Below, piece by piece: positions 11,201 through 23,488 of a stretch of 64,000 bases of DNA (the stretch's first letter is position 1; each line of letters begins with the position of its first letter). This stretch comes from Octopus sinensis. Lineage: Eukaryota. The position numbers and the translations under genes were made by a program. The DNA is taken from contig NC_043014.1 of the NCBI RefSeq assembly GCF_006345805.1, forward strand, positions 23,746,001-23,810,000, given 5' to 3'. Below the pieces are notes generated by a model, which saw only the letters and a program-made list of their open reading frames with translations, was not told where the DNA came from and did not search any database.

Positions 11201-13693
11201 AAAAAAACCTCCCCGACTCACAAGTCATTTCCAAAGCTGTGATGTAAAAAGAAATTCTTTTCAGAAAAGAAGAAAATCCGGCTTATGTGGGTGTCCTGAT
11301 CTGAAAATCAGCCATTTATAGCCATTTTAAATAGTCCAGTGAAATTTTATTGAAATGGTATCATATCTCAGGATTTATTTAGTTCTCTACCTACTACAAA
11401 TATGCCAAAACTCAAGTCCCTATGGTTTGTACTTTTGGATTTAATTAGGTCTGAAAATAGCATGAAATTGTTTGTTACACATAGCAAAATAGGTTTTTAT
11501 ATAAATACCATAGTCACTTTTAATTTGTGTAATTTGAAAATGATTATCACTGCAGTTTCAAAGATATGACATCACAAATAAGGCTAATTATTCATTTAGG
11601 CCAATTAGGCAAGATTTCGACCAATTCACTGACCATTCAAACTGACATATTTCCTAAAATATTCATCCAAATTTCACAAATGAAGTATCAAAATGTTACT
11701 TTTTGAATGCTCTCCAAGAAGTACAGTAGAAATTACATTTAAATCTTTTCAAATATTCATAGTGATACCTATTTTTATCTATATTACAATTACATTTCTA
11801 AACTTTAAGCTTCATTTTAAACTCAATTTATCATCATGTGGTATTTATTAATCAATTAAATTATTTAATTACCAATAAGCAACAAAACAACATATATTCA
11901 AATATCAAAAACAATTCTTTACAATCAGAAAATTACATTGTTTATTTTATTCACCTTTTCTTTGGATTTTGGAAATATATCTTTCTTGGGAAATCTAAAT
12001 GTTGGTCTTTTAATTTTGGAAGGACTCCTGAAACAAATGGAAAAAATGACAATATTAAAAAGAGTAGATACGATAAACAAATTTTAGGTGGGAGACAAAA
12101 AGGAATATATATTACTAGCAGTATAGCCTGGCTTTGCCCGGAATTAAGTTGGGATTATTAAGCTAAACAAGTTCTTTATTTCAAACCTAAGTAACATCAA
12201 CATCAAATTTGGATGAAATCTGTTGAAATTGGTAAACTTTTGGCTGAAAATGAGTTGCAGACAACTTGATTGTGTAATCCTATAAGGAATCGGTTTATCG
12301 ATATTTTCCACTGATTGATTTTTTTTTTTTTTTTTCGTTTTTGGAGAACTTAAAGCATTCAAAGATTCCATGAATCCTAAGTAATGCTGGCATCAAGCTT
12401 GAACAAAATACACCAAAATTGGTAAAAGTTATGGTTGAAAATGGGGTGTAGCCAATTTTATTGGGAAATCCTATAAGGAATCAGTTTCTCGATTTTTTTC
12501 TTATCCTGATTAAATGGAAAACCCCATAAGGAATCAGTTTATTGATTTTTCACCCCAAATAGGACTTAACCGAACACAGTATTGCTGATTCTAAAACATC
12601 TTATATTTATATTTTAAAGTTGGTTTTCACACCCAACCCAATTCTGCAGAATCAGTGTCGCAACGGGAGCACATGGGTTGGGAGTTTGATCGGCAGCAGT
12701 TGCACATGCCAGCCCTTTGAAAACACCACCCCCATCATCTAACCCCCCTTTGCCCATGGGTTGGGAACCCTTCCAGCAAGGAAAATAGAATGCCCAAAAG
12801 GGCTCCCGATTCTCTGCGTCAGAAGCAGTTATGTTCAGATCACAACTAAGTCTTAAGTATACATATGGGCAACATACACACATGTACACCTATTGCAGAC
12901 ATGTTTTTTGTACGCATACATGTTCATGTGTGTGTGTGTGAGTGTGTTGCCCGTATATCAACAAAACACTTTCTTCCTTGATGGAAAAAAAACAACAAAA
13001 ATCTTCACAAAAACTTAATCGTCACTAGAAGGGGACTTAACTCATGTTTGTAAACAATGGTGATTTCTCCAACTTAAAAATTATTAAAAATTTCGGTTGA
13101 AAATTTATTTTTACTGCTATTCGCTGGTGCCTCTGGGGAAAATAAGTTGACGAAAATACAGCTAGGGTCATGACGAATGTCGTAAAATTGGAGCGACATG
13201 CCTGCTAATTTGTGGACGTGCCTTTTATATATACAGATAATTTTACTTGTGATGATATTTTGCATATTTTGATATTTTTGCATAGTGTTGGTAAGAATAT
13301 TCTCTTATAGCTGAATTCTAACTGTTGATTATGCAACTACAACACCTGATCATTAGGTGTCTTTGGTAGAATTTCTGCTGTTGGAAACATTCTGAGCAGG
13401 TACCTAGTTTCTTCCCTTCCTATGTTATCCTGCAGCTATTGGGAAGGTAAGGTATTTTGTTTTAAGGATATACTGGATACTAGTAATAGGATATAAACTA
13501 ACCAACTTTTACACTATAACTCTCTCCATAATATTCATGATCTGGTCCAACAATTTGGTGCCTCTCTGATAACTTCTTTTAAGGCATCTTTTTTACTCTT
13601 GTAACAGTTGACTATGATGTTGCTACACTAGTAAGGTGAGATACCTGTTTAACTATGCAGGAGACTAGACTGCATCCTATTCCAAGGATTCCA

Positions 13694-13745
13694 GTATGAT
13701 AAAGCAATTAAGGATATCTACATATCCTTAATTGCTTTATCATAC
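13694..13745. repeat. Perfect 24-bp inverted repeat with 4-nt loop
   Basis: gtatgataaagcaattaaggatat-CTAC-atatccttaattgctttatcatac. Confidence 0.95.
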
Positions 13746-13799
13746 AGCTGTCAATAAGAATGGCTGGACTCTTCATTTGGTACACATTAAGAAGACCTT

Positions 13800-14780
13800 C
13801 TTTCAAGCATTCATTCTCCATATTTAGTAACCTTTCATAACACTTCCATGCCTCTTTCTTTTCAGAATCATAAGTGCATGTGTACCATTATCCTTCCATA
13901 CACACTTCTCTCCCACAATGTGTTGGTTTTCTCTGATATGCTGCCTTGCAATCTAAAACACCTCATGCCACTAGTTCATCATGACATAAAAGTTCAGCCA
14001 ATCTCTTCTTTTCTGCTTTTCCCTTTGTTAAATATAGTTCACTGCTGCCCCATTCTTCCAAACCTTCAAACCTTTAACTTTTAATAGCTCTGTCTGCTTC
14101 CCTCTTTCACCACATCACCCTTAGTCACCTGTAACTTTGCAAATGTTGCAGATTGGTCAAATGCTTCAAATAAAATGTCTCTAAATCTCTGACTGTTTGA
14201 AGGATCTTCAAGTTTCCATATAGTTCTTTTCCAGATTGGTTTGCATATCTGGGTCCTTCTCACTCTAGGTCTGCAATTACTAGCTACTAACCTACATTAA
14301 GTAGCACATTCTTAAACAGGAAATGACTTTGCTTTCACAAACATCTATTGATTAAGTTTTCTGGTGAGAATGTAGTCAATCTAACTTTTGTGTACACCAG
14401 ATTCATAGGTGATCAGGTGGCTAGTAAATTTCCTGAAGTTAGTGTTGCAGATCTACAAGTTATTTGCATTACAGAACTCTAACAGTCTCATTCTTTCTTC
14501 ATGAACCTCCATGAACATTATGAAATCCACCAGAGTGTTGCCCAATATGTCTACCAAAATTACCAGCCATGACAATAAGGTCATTGTCATCTGTCACCAA
14601 GGTAATCTGCAGAAGGACCTCATAGAAATGCACTCTCTGTTCATCTGCCAGTCCAGCTTGTGTAGCATGTGCCAAGATAAATGTTACTGTTGTATAACCT
14701 AACACTAATCTTGGCTTAACAATCCTATCACACACACTGACCACCTCAGACACTGTATCAACCTATTTCTCTGCCAAGAA
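13800..14780 (-). mobile_element. Old RTE relic (endonuclease/linker region)
   Basis: WKLEDPSNSQRFRDILFEAFD and MAGNFGRHIG..GGFHNVHGG; the first motif parallels the younger copy at 26800-27250. Confidence 0.75.
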
Positions 14781-14959
14781 TATACTTACACCACTCACCT
14801 TCACTCACACACACACACACACACAAAGTGCACTGTGTATTTGTGAACACAACTTTAGTGAGCTATAAATGGAAGATGACTTAATGTAATGTCATGCAGC
14901 TTATACCAAATTTTAACTTACTCATTTCTCTTTCAGTCATAACAACAGCATCAACATGG

Positions 14960-15290
14960 CAGATTTCAGTGGGATAAGGAAATGAGAAGACATAATTTAG
15001 AGATTACTGGCTTCTTAAAGATGACCAGGTTCTTGGTGCTAAAGATTGAGGGAAAACTGGAGGCCTCTGATAAGGATCTGTCAACTATGAACAAAAGAAA
15101 GAAACATTCTCTGCAGTTCCAGGATATTATGAATGACAATCCCATTGAATCAATGAGAGCCATTGATAGGCTGCTCATGGTAAGATGTCAGCTGGTGCAC
15201 AAAGACATTAGGTAACAGTTCTACGTGATGAGGAGAGGGCTGTTCATGTCCAGTAAGACCTAGAAGAACTATGCAATCATGTGACATCCA
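14960..15290 (+). mobile_element. Tc1/mariner-superfamily transposase 5' relic
   Basis: KRKKHS...QDIMNDNPIESMRAIDRLL...LVHKDIR resembles the HTH region of Tc1/mariner (maT-like) transposases; recognised by motif only. Confidence 0.5.
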
Positions 15291-15829
15291 ACATCATATG
15301 GTGCCCTAGCTCTCCTGATTAGGCCTTCCCTAACTGTTGCATCTGGGATTTTAAAGTGGAGGGGAGCCACACAAGGCAAAGGATTCCTCGGGGGTTGCCA
15401 TCAAAGACATGTACGCAGCATCAATGAAATCCAAAAGATCCTGGAATGCAATCACTTCCTTGATCACAATGGAACTGAGAGCTGCTTTGTTGAATGGTCG
15501 GTTTCTTTGGTGCATCTAGTTGAACATGTGGACAGTTTTTATGGGAGTATGCTAATTTTTCTGCTTTGTGTCTTTGATTTTCTTTATATTTTTTCTTTTA
15601 GTTACCTTCCATCTCTCTCTTTTACTCAGTGTCCATCCTCAAAAAATGTGAGAAAATTGATAAACTGATGCTTCCCAACAAAAAACTACTGTGTGGAATT
15701 CATTTCCCCATGTTTCATAGAATGCATACTTGTCGCTCACACCATTATAAATGCAATTGGCCAGGAACTACTAATAGGGACCCTGAAACTATTTACATTA
15801 TTGGGTGGAATTCTGATTTAACCACCCCA

Positions 15830-16270
15830 TATAACCCCTCATAACTATATTATATGGAATTTTCAGAAAATTTTTGTGAATTTGTGTTCTACAAATGGGA
15901 ATTCATGTGATTATGCAAAACATTTTTTAATTTTTTAATCCCTACCTCCACCCTCACCCTCAATTTAGGAGAATGTTAACATTTAAATTACAAAAAGTTT
16001 TTTTTCTTTGCTTAAATCCCAACAATGGGCCTCCTTTGAGCACATTATTCCATTAAACATGTTTATGGGTACAAAAATAATGTAAAACATCAATACATAT
16101 CAAAGTGACAAAGAAACAAGGAAGGTACCAGGTGGTCAAGGAATGTGTTAAATTACCCCCTTAAAAAAAATTTTTTTTTACATAATTGTATGAATTCTTA
16201 TGTGTAGAATACAAATTTGCAAAACTTTTCTTATAATTCGAAAAAATTGAAAAAAATTATGAGGGGTGCT
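15830..16270. mobile_element. Degenerate foldback/MITE with ~100-bp inverted arms
   Basis: ~15834-15935 and ~16170-16268 are imperfect reverse complements (cccctcataa...aatttgt.ttctaca...gaattcat...attatg). Confidence 0.55.
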
Positions 16271-16462
16271 TAAACCAAGATTCTGCCCATTATTGTTCAC
16301 AAATTGTGAAAAAATTTTTTTTTAATAATTAAAAAAAACAAGCAGAAGGACTAAATACTAGATATTGTAAGGAGCTTATTCTGAAGCCAATTATTTTTGC
16401 TAGCTGACATTACCACTCCTTAGAGAAATCAAAACCAGGCTAAATTGTTTAAGTTCACTAAC

Positions 16463-16613
16463 TTGATGTCTTCCATATTGACTAGTTGCTCCTCTTCAGA
16501 ATCTTCTTCTTCAAACATCATATAACCTTTGTCTTTCTTTTCCTTACGGCTTTCTTTCTTCTTTTTATCCGTGTCTTTCTTCTTGCTTTGTCGCTCATTG
16601 TCATCTTCACCGA
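16463..16613 (-). CDS. RALBP1: RalA-binding protein 1 (RLIP76)-like, coding exon 2
   Basis: Acceptor ttgcctgtag|TC and donor AA|gttagt; 151 nt. Encodes (I)GEDDNERQSKKKDTDKKKKESRKEKKDKGYMMFEEEDSEEEQLVNMEDI(K). Phase matches the upstream exon; the K-rich tract and KGY..F.E..S.EE match the RalBP1 N-terminus. Confidence 0.8.
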
Positions 16614-18180
16614 CTACAGGCAACAAATAAATCAGTTTAAGCTATATTAGTATATAAAAAAATATTACAAATAAAAATGTTTCACCTTTAAGTGAAAACA
16701 ATAGAGTTAAACATAGTATTTTTTTTCTTCATGTTACACTTTGTCATAAACCACTTCATTTTATTTTTTGATGAGATAGTCAGTCAGAATAAGGTATTGA
16801 CTAATATTGTTTTTTGTTCACAGCATATTTCTAGTTAACTTTTTAATCTTTCTTGCATTAGATTGGTAAATGCTAACTTATATGGACATATCTGAATTAT
16901 TAAATCTCTAAAACAATTGAAGCATTTAATAGCAGAGTGTCGTAATCACCAACCAGGCCATTTTTGAGGTTAGTTTATCATTTTCTTTGTCTCAACGTCT
17001 AGAATCTGAAAAATTGAGAGGAAGAACCAGTGAGGCTTGCAATAAAATCAAAAATCCAGCTGAAAATAACTGTACCTCGATGCTACTGACACAATGCTCA
17101 CTCAAACTCAGACCAGAGAGTTTAGTAACACACCATCATAACCACACACTCAATCAATAACTTTGGTGTGGTCTCTGTATCGTTTTCCGAGGTTTTATGG
17201 CTCATTTTCATTACCATCATAACGACAATGGGCTATTATCCTACTATTTGTCTTATCTCTGAAAGATACTTACTTTGGTATATTAAAACACAAACAATAT
17301 CTTTAGGGGGTTTCTGTAGGTTTTTTTCTAGGTATTATGGCTAAAATATGCAATGCAATACACCATTTCATAACACCAGTATATACTACAAAACGAGAAA
17401 GATGCAGTATTTGTTTCATCTTTCAGATGCATACATAAATAAATAATTTTACAAAGGTGGAATGATTAGAGGTCTTTACAGTCATTTTAAGACCAAAACC
17501 AGCTTCCTAACTTCATTCCTTGCCCACATATCACATTCTGAAAGTCACAAATCTTTGATTGCGTTTTTCTCAGTTTTTATGTTGTGATGCTTATGACAGT
17601 CTGTTACTAAACGCCTCAATTATGTTATGTCAGCCAATGTACAATCTTGTACATTTACTTAGTGATACTTTCATCGCTATTTCAGCAAATATAGTGTCAG
17701 CTATACTTCACTGGGATAGTCAAAATAATGTTGATACTTATCTAGAATTGCTTCCTGTACAAGTTTTATATTTTGTTTTATTAGAGCATGATTATTTTTA
17801 ATTGTCAATTAATTCCATTCATTAAATGAATTAACACCAGCTTACAGTGTTTTGTTGTTGAACCTTCAGGTCAGTTCTGATTGAGCAGTGCTTTTGTCAA
17901 AGGCATTCTGACTAACCAGATTGTCTTTCTATTAAGTAAATAAATTGTATTCTCTGTTAAAATGGTAAGATATGGTTTAAGAGAAATTTAGTTATATATA
18001 TATATATGTATGTACATACATACATAACTACATATATATACATACGTGAGTATGCACATATACATATGGTATGTATGTGCATACACATGCATATATAAAT
18101 ACATACCTATACACATGCATTCTCTAAAGATAAAAAAAAAGGAACTATTATAAAGTGATCAAAACAAAAAGATTATTTAC

Positions 18181-18262
18181 TTGAGGCAGAATCAATTCCT
18201 GTGGAAGGCCGGTATAGCCCAGGGAAATCTTTGTCATGACCATCTGCGCTTTCATAACTCAT
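18181..18262 (-). CDS. RALBP1: RalBP1-like, first coding exon (whole exon 18181-18343 including 5' UTR)
   Basis: Acceptor ctaactttcag|G at 18343, in-frame TAA upstream of ATG at 18262, MSYESADGHDKDFPGLYRPSTGIDSAS, phase-1 donor A|gtaaat. FPGLY is conserved in RalBP1/Rlip. Confidence 0.8.
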
Positions 18263-18609
18263 GATGATAATAGTAGTAGTGGTGGAGGTGATGAAAGATT
18301 CTTAATATCTTCGGGAATGAAACTCTTCTAAAAGCAGCTTCTCCTGAAAGTTAGGGAATATTAAATTACTTTTTACAAAAGTAACTCGAGTACAATACAA
18401 TAACAAGTACAAGGAAAATATTTAACCTTTTTAATTTGAATTTTGAGAATGATTCTCACGCCACCATTCAAAACCTCTTGATTTAAAGTGTTAAATGGCC
18501 CATTATATTTTTTTTATGTGAGAACCTTTTGTTATGTTTCAAACACTATTTTGATAATAAAAATGCTATTTTATTACATCTGTCCTAAATTTTCAATTAT
18601 TTTTCAAAA

Positions 18610-18850
18610 CTAATTGCAGCATATAACCGACAGCTCCATAAAGAAGTGCCCATCTCTCAAAGTGGATGGAACACGAGGAAGTGGGAGACCCAGGAAGATA
18701 TGGAATGAAGTACTGAAAAACAACATCAGGAAGCTGAACTTTTCAGGCGAGATGACAAAGGACGAAATACTTGGTACCTGGTCGTACTCATGAAGACCCA
18801 TACCCCACAGCAGAAGTGTTAAGACCGATCCATGCAGTGCCATGTGAAAG
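18610..18850 (+). mobile_element. RTE 3' ORF fragment (degenerate)
   Basis: KKCPSLKVDGTRGSGRPRKIWNEV parallels [15 protein letters not shown] in the other RTE copies. Confidence 0.75.
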
Positions 18851-19434
18851 CATACAGCACACTCCTTCAAACATAAAGAACTGTAACTACATATGATTCC
18901 AAGGGGTATTTCAAATCATTAGTGACTCTGCCAATCTACTTCTGCCCTCCTCATAATAATAATGATGATGATGATGTTATTGATTATGGTGATGATGATG
19001 ATGATTGAATATGCACAGTGACTGATCCACCATGTCTGTTTGATACTAGGATTGTGAAGAAAGCATATGACTGGCACTACAATTTATTGACTGTGTGAAG
19101 AAGAATAGCAAAGCTAACTTACTCAGGATTTGTTCTAAAGAGCCAGAACAAATTCCACAAAGCATTTTGCCTAATGTTCTAATAATTCTGTCAATCTTCC
19201 CTAACTAATAATAAGGATTTCTTATGAGAGAGATAGTAGATTGAACAGACCCAGTGCTTCACTGGTACTTATCTTACTGACCCTGGAAGGAGTAAAGTAA
19301 AGCTGATTTTAGTAGTATTTCAAATTCAAACTTAAAGAACTGAACTACACACAATTCCAAAGAGTATTTCAAATCATTAGTAACTCTGCCAATCCACTCC
19401 TGCTCTCCTTATAATAATAATGATGTTGATGATT

Positions 19435-19720
19435 GAATATGCATACTGACTGATCCATAATGTCTGTTTGATATTAGGATTGTGAAGAAAGATGAAAAGT
19501 TGAAAAAATACACCCCCTTAAAATTTAAGATTGCAAGGATTCGGAACATGAAATCTGCAAAGATTGTGCCTGTGATAACTAGTGTATTAGGGACTGTGAA
19601 TGATGAGAAAGGCAAATGGATAAAGGAGATTGGAATGGAGTGTCCTGTAGAGCTTCTGCAGAAGGTCTACCTCTTAGGAACAAGGAAGATCATCAGAAGG
19701 GTTTTGAGCACTTGATGGCT
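19435..19720 (+). mobile_element. R4/Dong-like RLE LINE, 3' fragment; its start is also duplicated at ~19010-19070
   Basis: KKDEKLKKYTPLKFKIAR...IVPVITSVLG...LQKVYLLGTRKIIRRVL, the RLE C-terminus; parallels 22200-22420. Confidence 0.7.
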
Positions 19721-19839
19721 TATTGAAATCTTGTGGGTATCTTTTACAGGTAGTAAACCCTTACCCACATAAATTCTACAAGGATTATGATCAATCCACA
19801 ATCAAGATGATTATGATGATAAACCTTTCTACTATAGGC

Positions 19840-20020
19840 AGTAGGGAAGGGGATAGTCAATTACATTGACCCTATTGCTCGATTGGTACGGTTTTCATCA
19901 ACCCAAAAGGATGAAAGACTAAGTCAACCTCAGCAGGATTTAAACTCAAAATGTAAAGACAGGCAAAATGCAGCTAAGCATTTTGTCTGGCATGGCTACA
20001 ATTCTGTCAGCTCATAGCCT
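19840..20020 (-). mobile_element. Degenerate tRNA-derived SINE
   Basis: Minus strand has a box-B-like gagtttaaatcc followed by ctgaggttgacttagtctttcatcc. Confidence 0.5.
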
Positions 20021-20029
20021 TAATAATAA

Positions 20030-22517
20030 TATAAGACACAAACTTCAATACTGAGTGAAAATGTCTAATATAAGTGGATCAAATAATGGTGTGAATGAGG
20101 CTGGTACCAAAAGGTGAAATCCAGGATAAGTTAAGAAATATAGAAGGCCAAGACAAAAATTACTACTGAAATGATAAAAAAAAAAGCAGTTAAGGAAACT
20201 CCCAAATTGGAAGAGCCCAGGATTGGATGGGGTCTAAGGTTACTGGATGAAGAAGATGGGAGGGCTCCATGAAAGGATAGTACAACAACTAGATGAGTCC
20301 TTGCAGGAAGGCACAGAACCCAGCTGGTTGACAAAGAGAGACATATTACGATGTGCCAAGGATCCTGAAAAGGGTAATATTGCATTCAACTTTCAACCAA
20401 TAACAAGCCTTCTGCAAATACGGAAACTATTGTCAGGTGCTTTGGCCAGTGAATTGAAAAGGGTGCTGAAAGAGGAACCAGGAAATGAAAGATTAGCTGT
20501 TAATTGATGATCTAATTATCAGAAACTGCAAGAGAAGACACACAAACCTGGGCATGGCATGGATTGACTATCATAAAGCATACGATACCACATTCCTGGA
20601 TAACTAGAACAATGGAAATTTATGGAGTAGCAGAAAACATGAGAAGCCTTATATGGAACAGTATGAAGTGTTGGAGAACTGAATTGACAGCAGGGAATCA
20701 GATATTAGGAGAGGTGAAAATCAAGAGAGGAATCTTTCAGAGGACAGTGTATCCCCACTGATCTTTGTGCTGGGAATGATCCCCATGAATGAAATACAAC
20801 AGAAGACAAAGTTGAGATGTGATCTGGGAAGCAGTAAGGGAAAAATTGAACCACTTGTTATTTATGAACCACTTGTTATTAATGAACCACTTGTTATTTA
20901 TGAACCACTTGTTATTTATGAACCACTTGTTATTAATGAACCACTTGTTATTTATGAACCACTTGTTATTTATGAACCACTTGTTATTTATGAACCACTT
21001 GTTATTTATGAACCACTTGAAGTTGTTCACAAAAAATGAGGCAGAACTGGACAGCCCAGTCCAGTCTATGCAGATTTTCTGAAATGATATCAAGATGGAA
21101 TTTAAACTCTCAAAATGTGTTATGATGGTGATGAGATGAAGAGAGTTTGTCAAGACAGAAGGCATATGTATGCCACGTGGTGAAATGATGAAGGCAACTG
21201 AACCCGAATCTGGTTGTAAATACCTGGTAATACTCAAGGCAGATGGAAACAATATAAATGAAAAGATAAAGAAAGAGTACACCTACAGCAAGTGAGAAAA
21301 ATATTGGCTTCAAAGCTGAATGCCAGAAACATAATTTCAGCAATAAACTCAGAGGAGTTTCAGTAGTTCAGTATGGTGCTAGAATCCTAAAGTGGACAGA
21401 GGAAGAGCTAAAGGAGTTGGACAGGAAGACAAGAAAGCTCTTAATGATGCATGGAGCCCATCATCTGCGTAGAGACACTGATTGCCTATACATGAAGAAA
21501 GCAAATGGAGGAAGGGGACTGATAAGTGTGGAAGACTGTATGTATCAAATTCAGGAGCTTAATGAGATACCTCTCCCAAAGTAAGGAAACCTTGCAAGTG
21601 TCAGTTAGGAATGAGGGAATATTGAAAGCAGAGAAGAAGGGGAAAACAAAGGAAGAGGTACAAAAAGAACATGAAGAAGCATTATGCAACAAAGGACTAC
21701 ACAATTCTATGTAGCCAGAACTGAAGTTGCTGGAAAACATAAGTAGGACTAACTGAAGAAAAGAACACTGAAAAAGTGACTGATAGCACTTACTGACAAT
21801 GCAAGAACAAGCTTTGATCACAAACTGGAGAGTCAAACTCAGGAATGAGCAAGTGTTGCCACTGTACCACATCTGTGATAGAGTGGACAAAACCATTGCC
21901 CATATCATGAACGAATGATCTCAACTTGCCCAAAACTACTACAAGTTGTTGCAACACAACAAGCTAGTGAAAATGCTACATTGGAAACAGAGAAAAGTTG
22001 GGGCTAGAAACAAGCAAGATGTGGTACAAGCACAAACCGCAGAGAGTGGCGGAGTTGGAGACCTGCAAAATCTTCTGAGATTTCCCAATCCAAACAGATC
22101 AGGTGCTAGAGCATAACAGACCAGACCTAGTGGTGGTGGACAAGATGCACCACATGTGCTATGTAGTTGATGTTGTATGCCCTTTGAATAGTCTAGAAGG
22201 AAGATGAAAAAATATATATATACAATCCTCTTAAGTATGAAATAGCCCAGCTATGGAAAATGAAGTAGGTGAAGATAGTGCCAATTATTGCAGGGAGTAT
22301 CAGAGGGCATCAAGAGGAATATAAAGGAAATCAGAATAGAGTGCCCAGTAGAACTGCCACAAAAGGTTTGCCTCCTTGGCATGGCCAGAATAATCAGGAT
22401 AGTATTAGATAGTTGGAAAGAACAGATAGCATGGTGCCATAGGCTACAAGCAGCAAGCCCACTATGCATGCAAGACTCCAAGAATTACAACAGAACCTGA
22501 GATAATAATAATAATAA
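20030..22517 (+). mobile_element. R4/Dong-like non-LTR retrotransposon (RT, zinc knuckle, restriction-like endonuclease), decayed
   Basis: NFQPITSLL, AWIDYHKAY, KIKRGIFQ, NHLLFM..LKLF, GGRGLISVEDC, RPDLVVVDK motifs; ends in (TAA)n and is also preceded by (TAA)n. Confidence 0.85.
20848..21019 (+). repeat. 18-bp minisatellite, 9 full units plus one partial
   Basis: Unit gaaccacttgttatt(t/a)at encoding NHLL(F/L)M; no spacers. Confidence 0.97.
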
Positions 22518-22927
22518 CAAGAGCACTCAGAGAGCACAGACCTCCAACAAGGCAACACCAACATCCTCTCAATGATTAGCCGAAGATGATTTTTAAAACG
22601 AGAATACTAAATATAAACTCAACTACTCTCAAAAATTAAGTGAAAAAAAAAATGGAAAAATAATCCAGAATCATTGTCCAGTATCTAATTGATCCCAATG
22701 GTAGTAATGAAATGTGAAGGTGGCTGTAGAAAATTTAGTAACTCATCTATGGTTTATCCTTATCTAATACAAGCCAAAGTTAACAAATTCAACATACAAA
22801 ATAGTTTCAAAGGCAGAGAAAATAATAGTAAGTTCTATTCAAGAACTTTTAAATGAATAGCATGAGGCCTTTTGATTTTCACTTCTCTTAAATTCTGACC
22901 TTCCTTTAGTATTTAATATACACACAT

Positions 22928-22993
<66 letters not shown>

Positions 22994-23448
22994 TATATAT
23001 ATATATACATATATATACACATATACATATATATATATACATATATATACACATATACATATATATATATACATATATATACACATATACATATATATAT
23101 ATACATATATATACACATATACATATATATATATACATATATATACACATATACATATATATACACACATATATATATATATATATATAGACATACATAC
23201 ATATATAGATATATAGATATATACATACATAGATACATACATATGTACACATACATACATATATACATACATATATACACATATATACATACATATATAG
23301 ATACATACATACATATATATATATATACATATATATATACACATATATATACATATATACATACATATATATATATTTACATATATACAAACATATATAC
23401 ATACATATATATATACATATATACATACATATATATACATATATGCAT

Positions 23449-23480
<32 letters not shown>

Positions 23481-23488
<8 letters not shown>

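Noticed and set aside
11220-12620. Probable non-autonomous DNA-transposon fragments (three ataaggaatc.gttt motifs at ~12290-12545)
   Set aside because: Termini and superfamily could not be defined from the sequence alone.
20848-21019. 18-bp repeat as a CRISPR array
   Set aside because: There are no spacers, it lies in frame inside a retrotransposon RT, and the context is eukaryotic.
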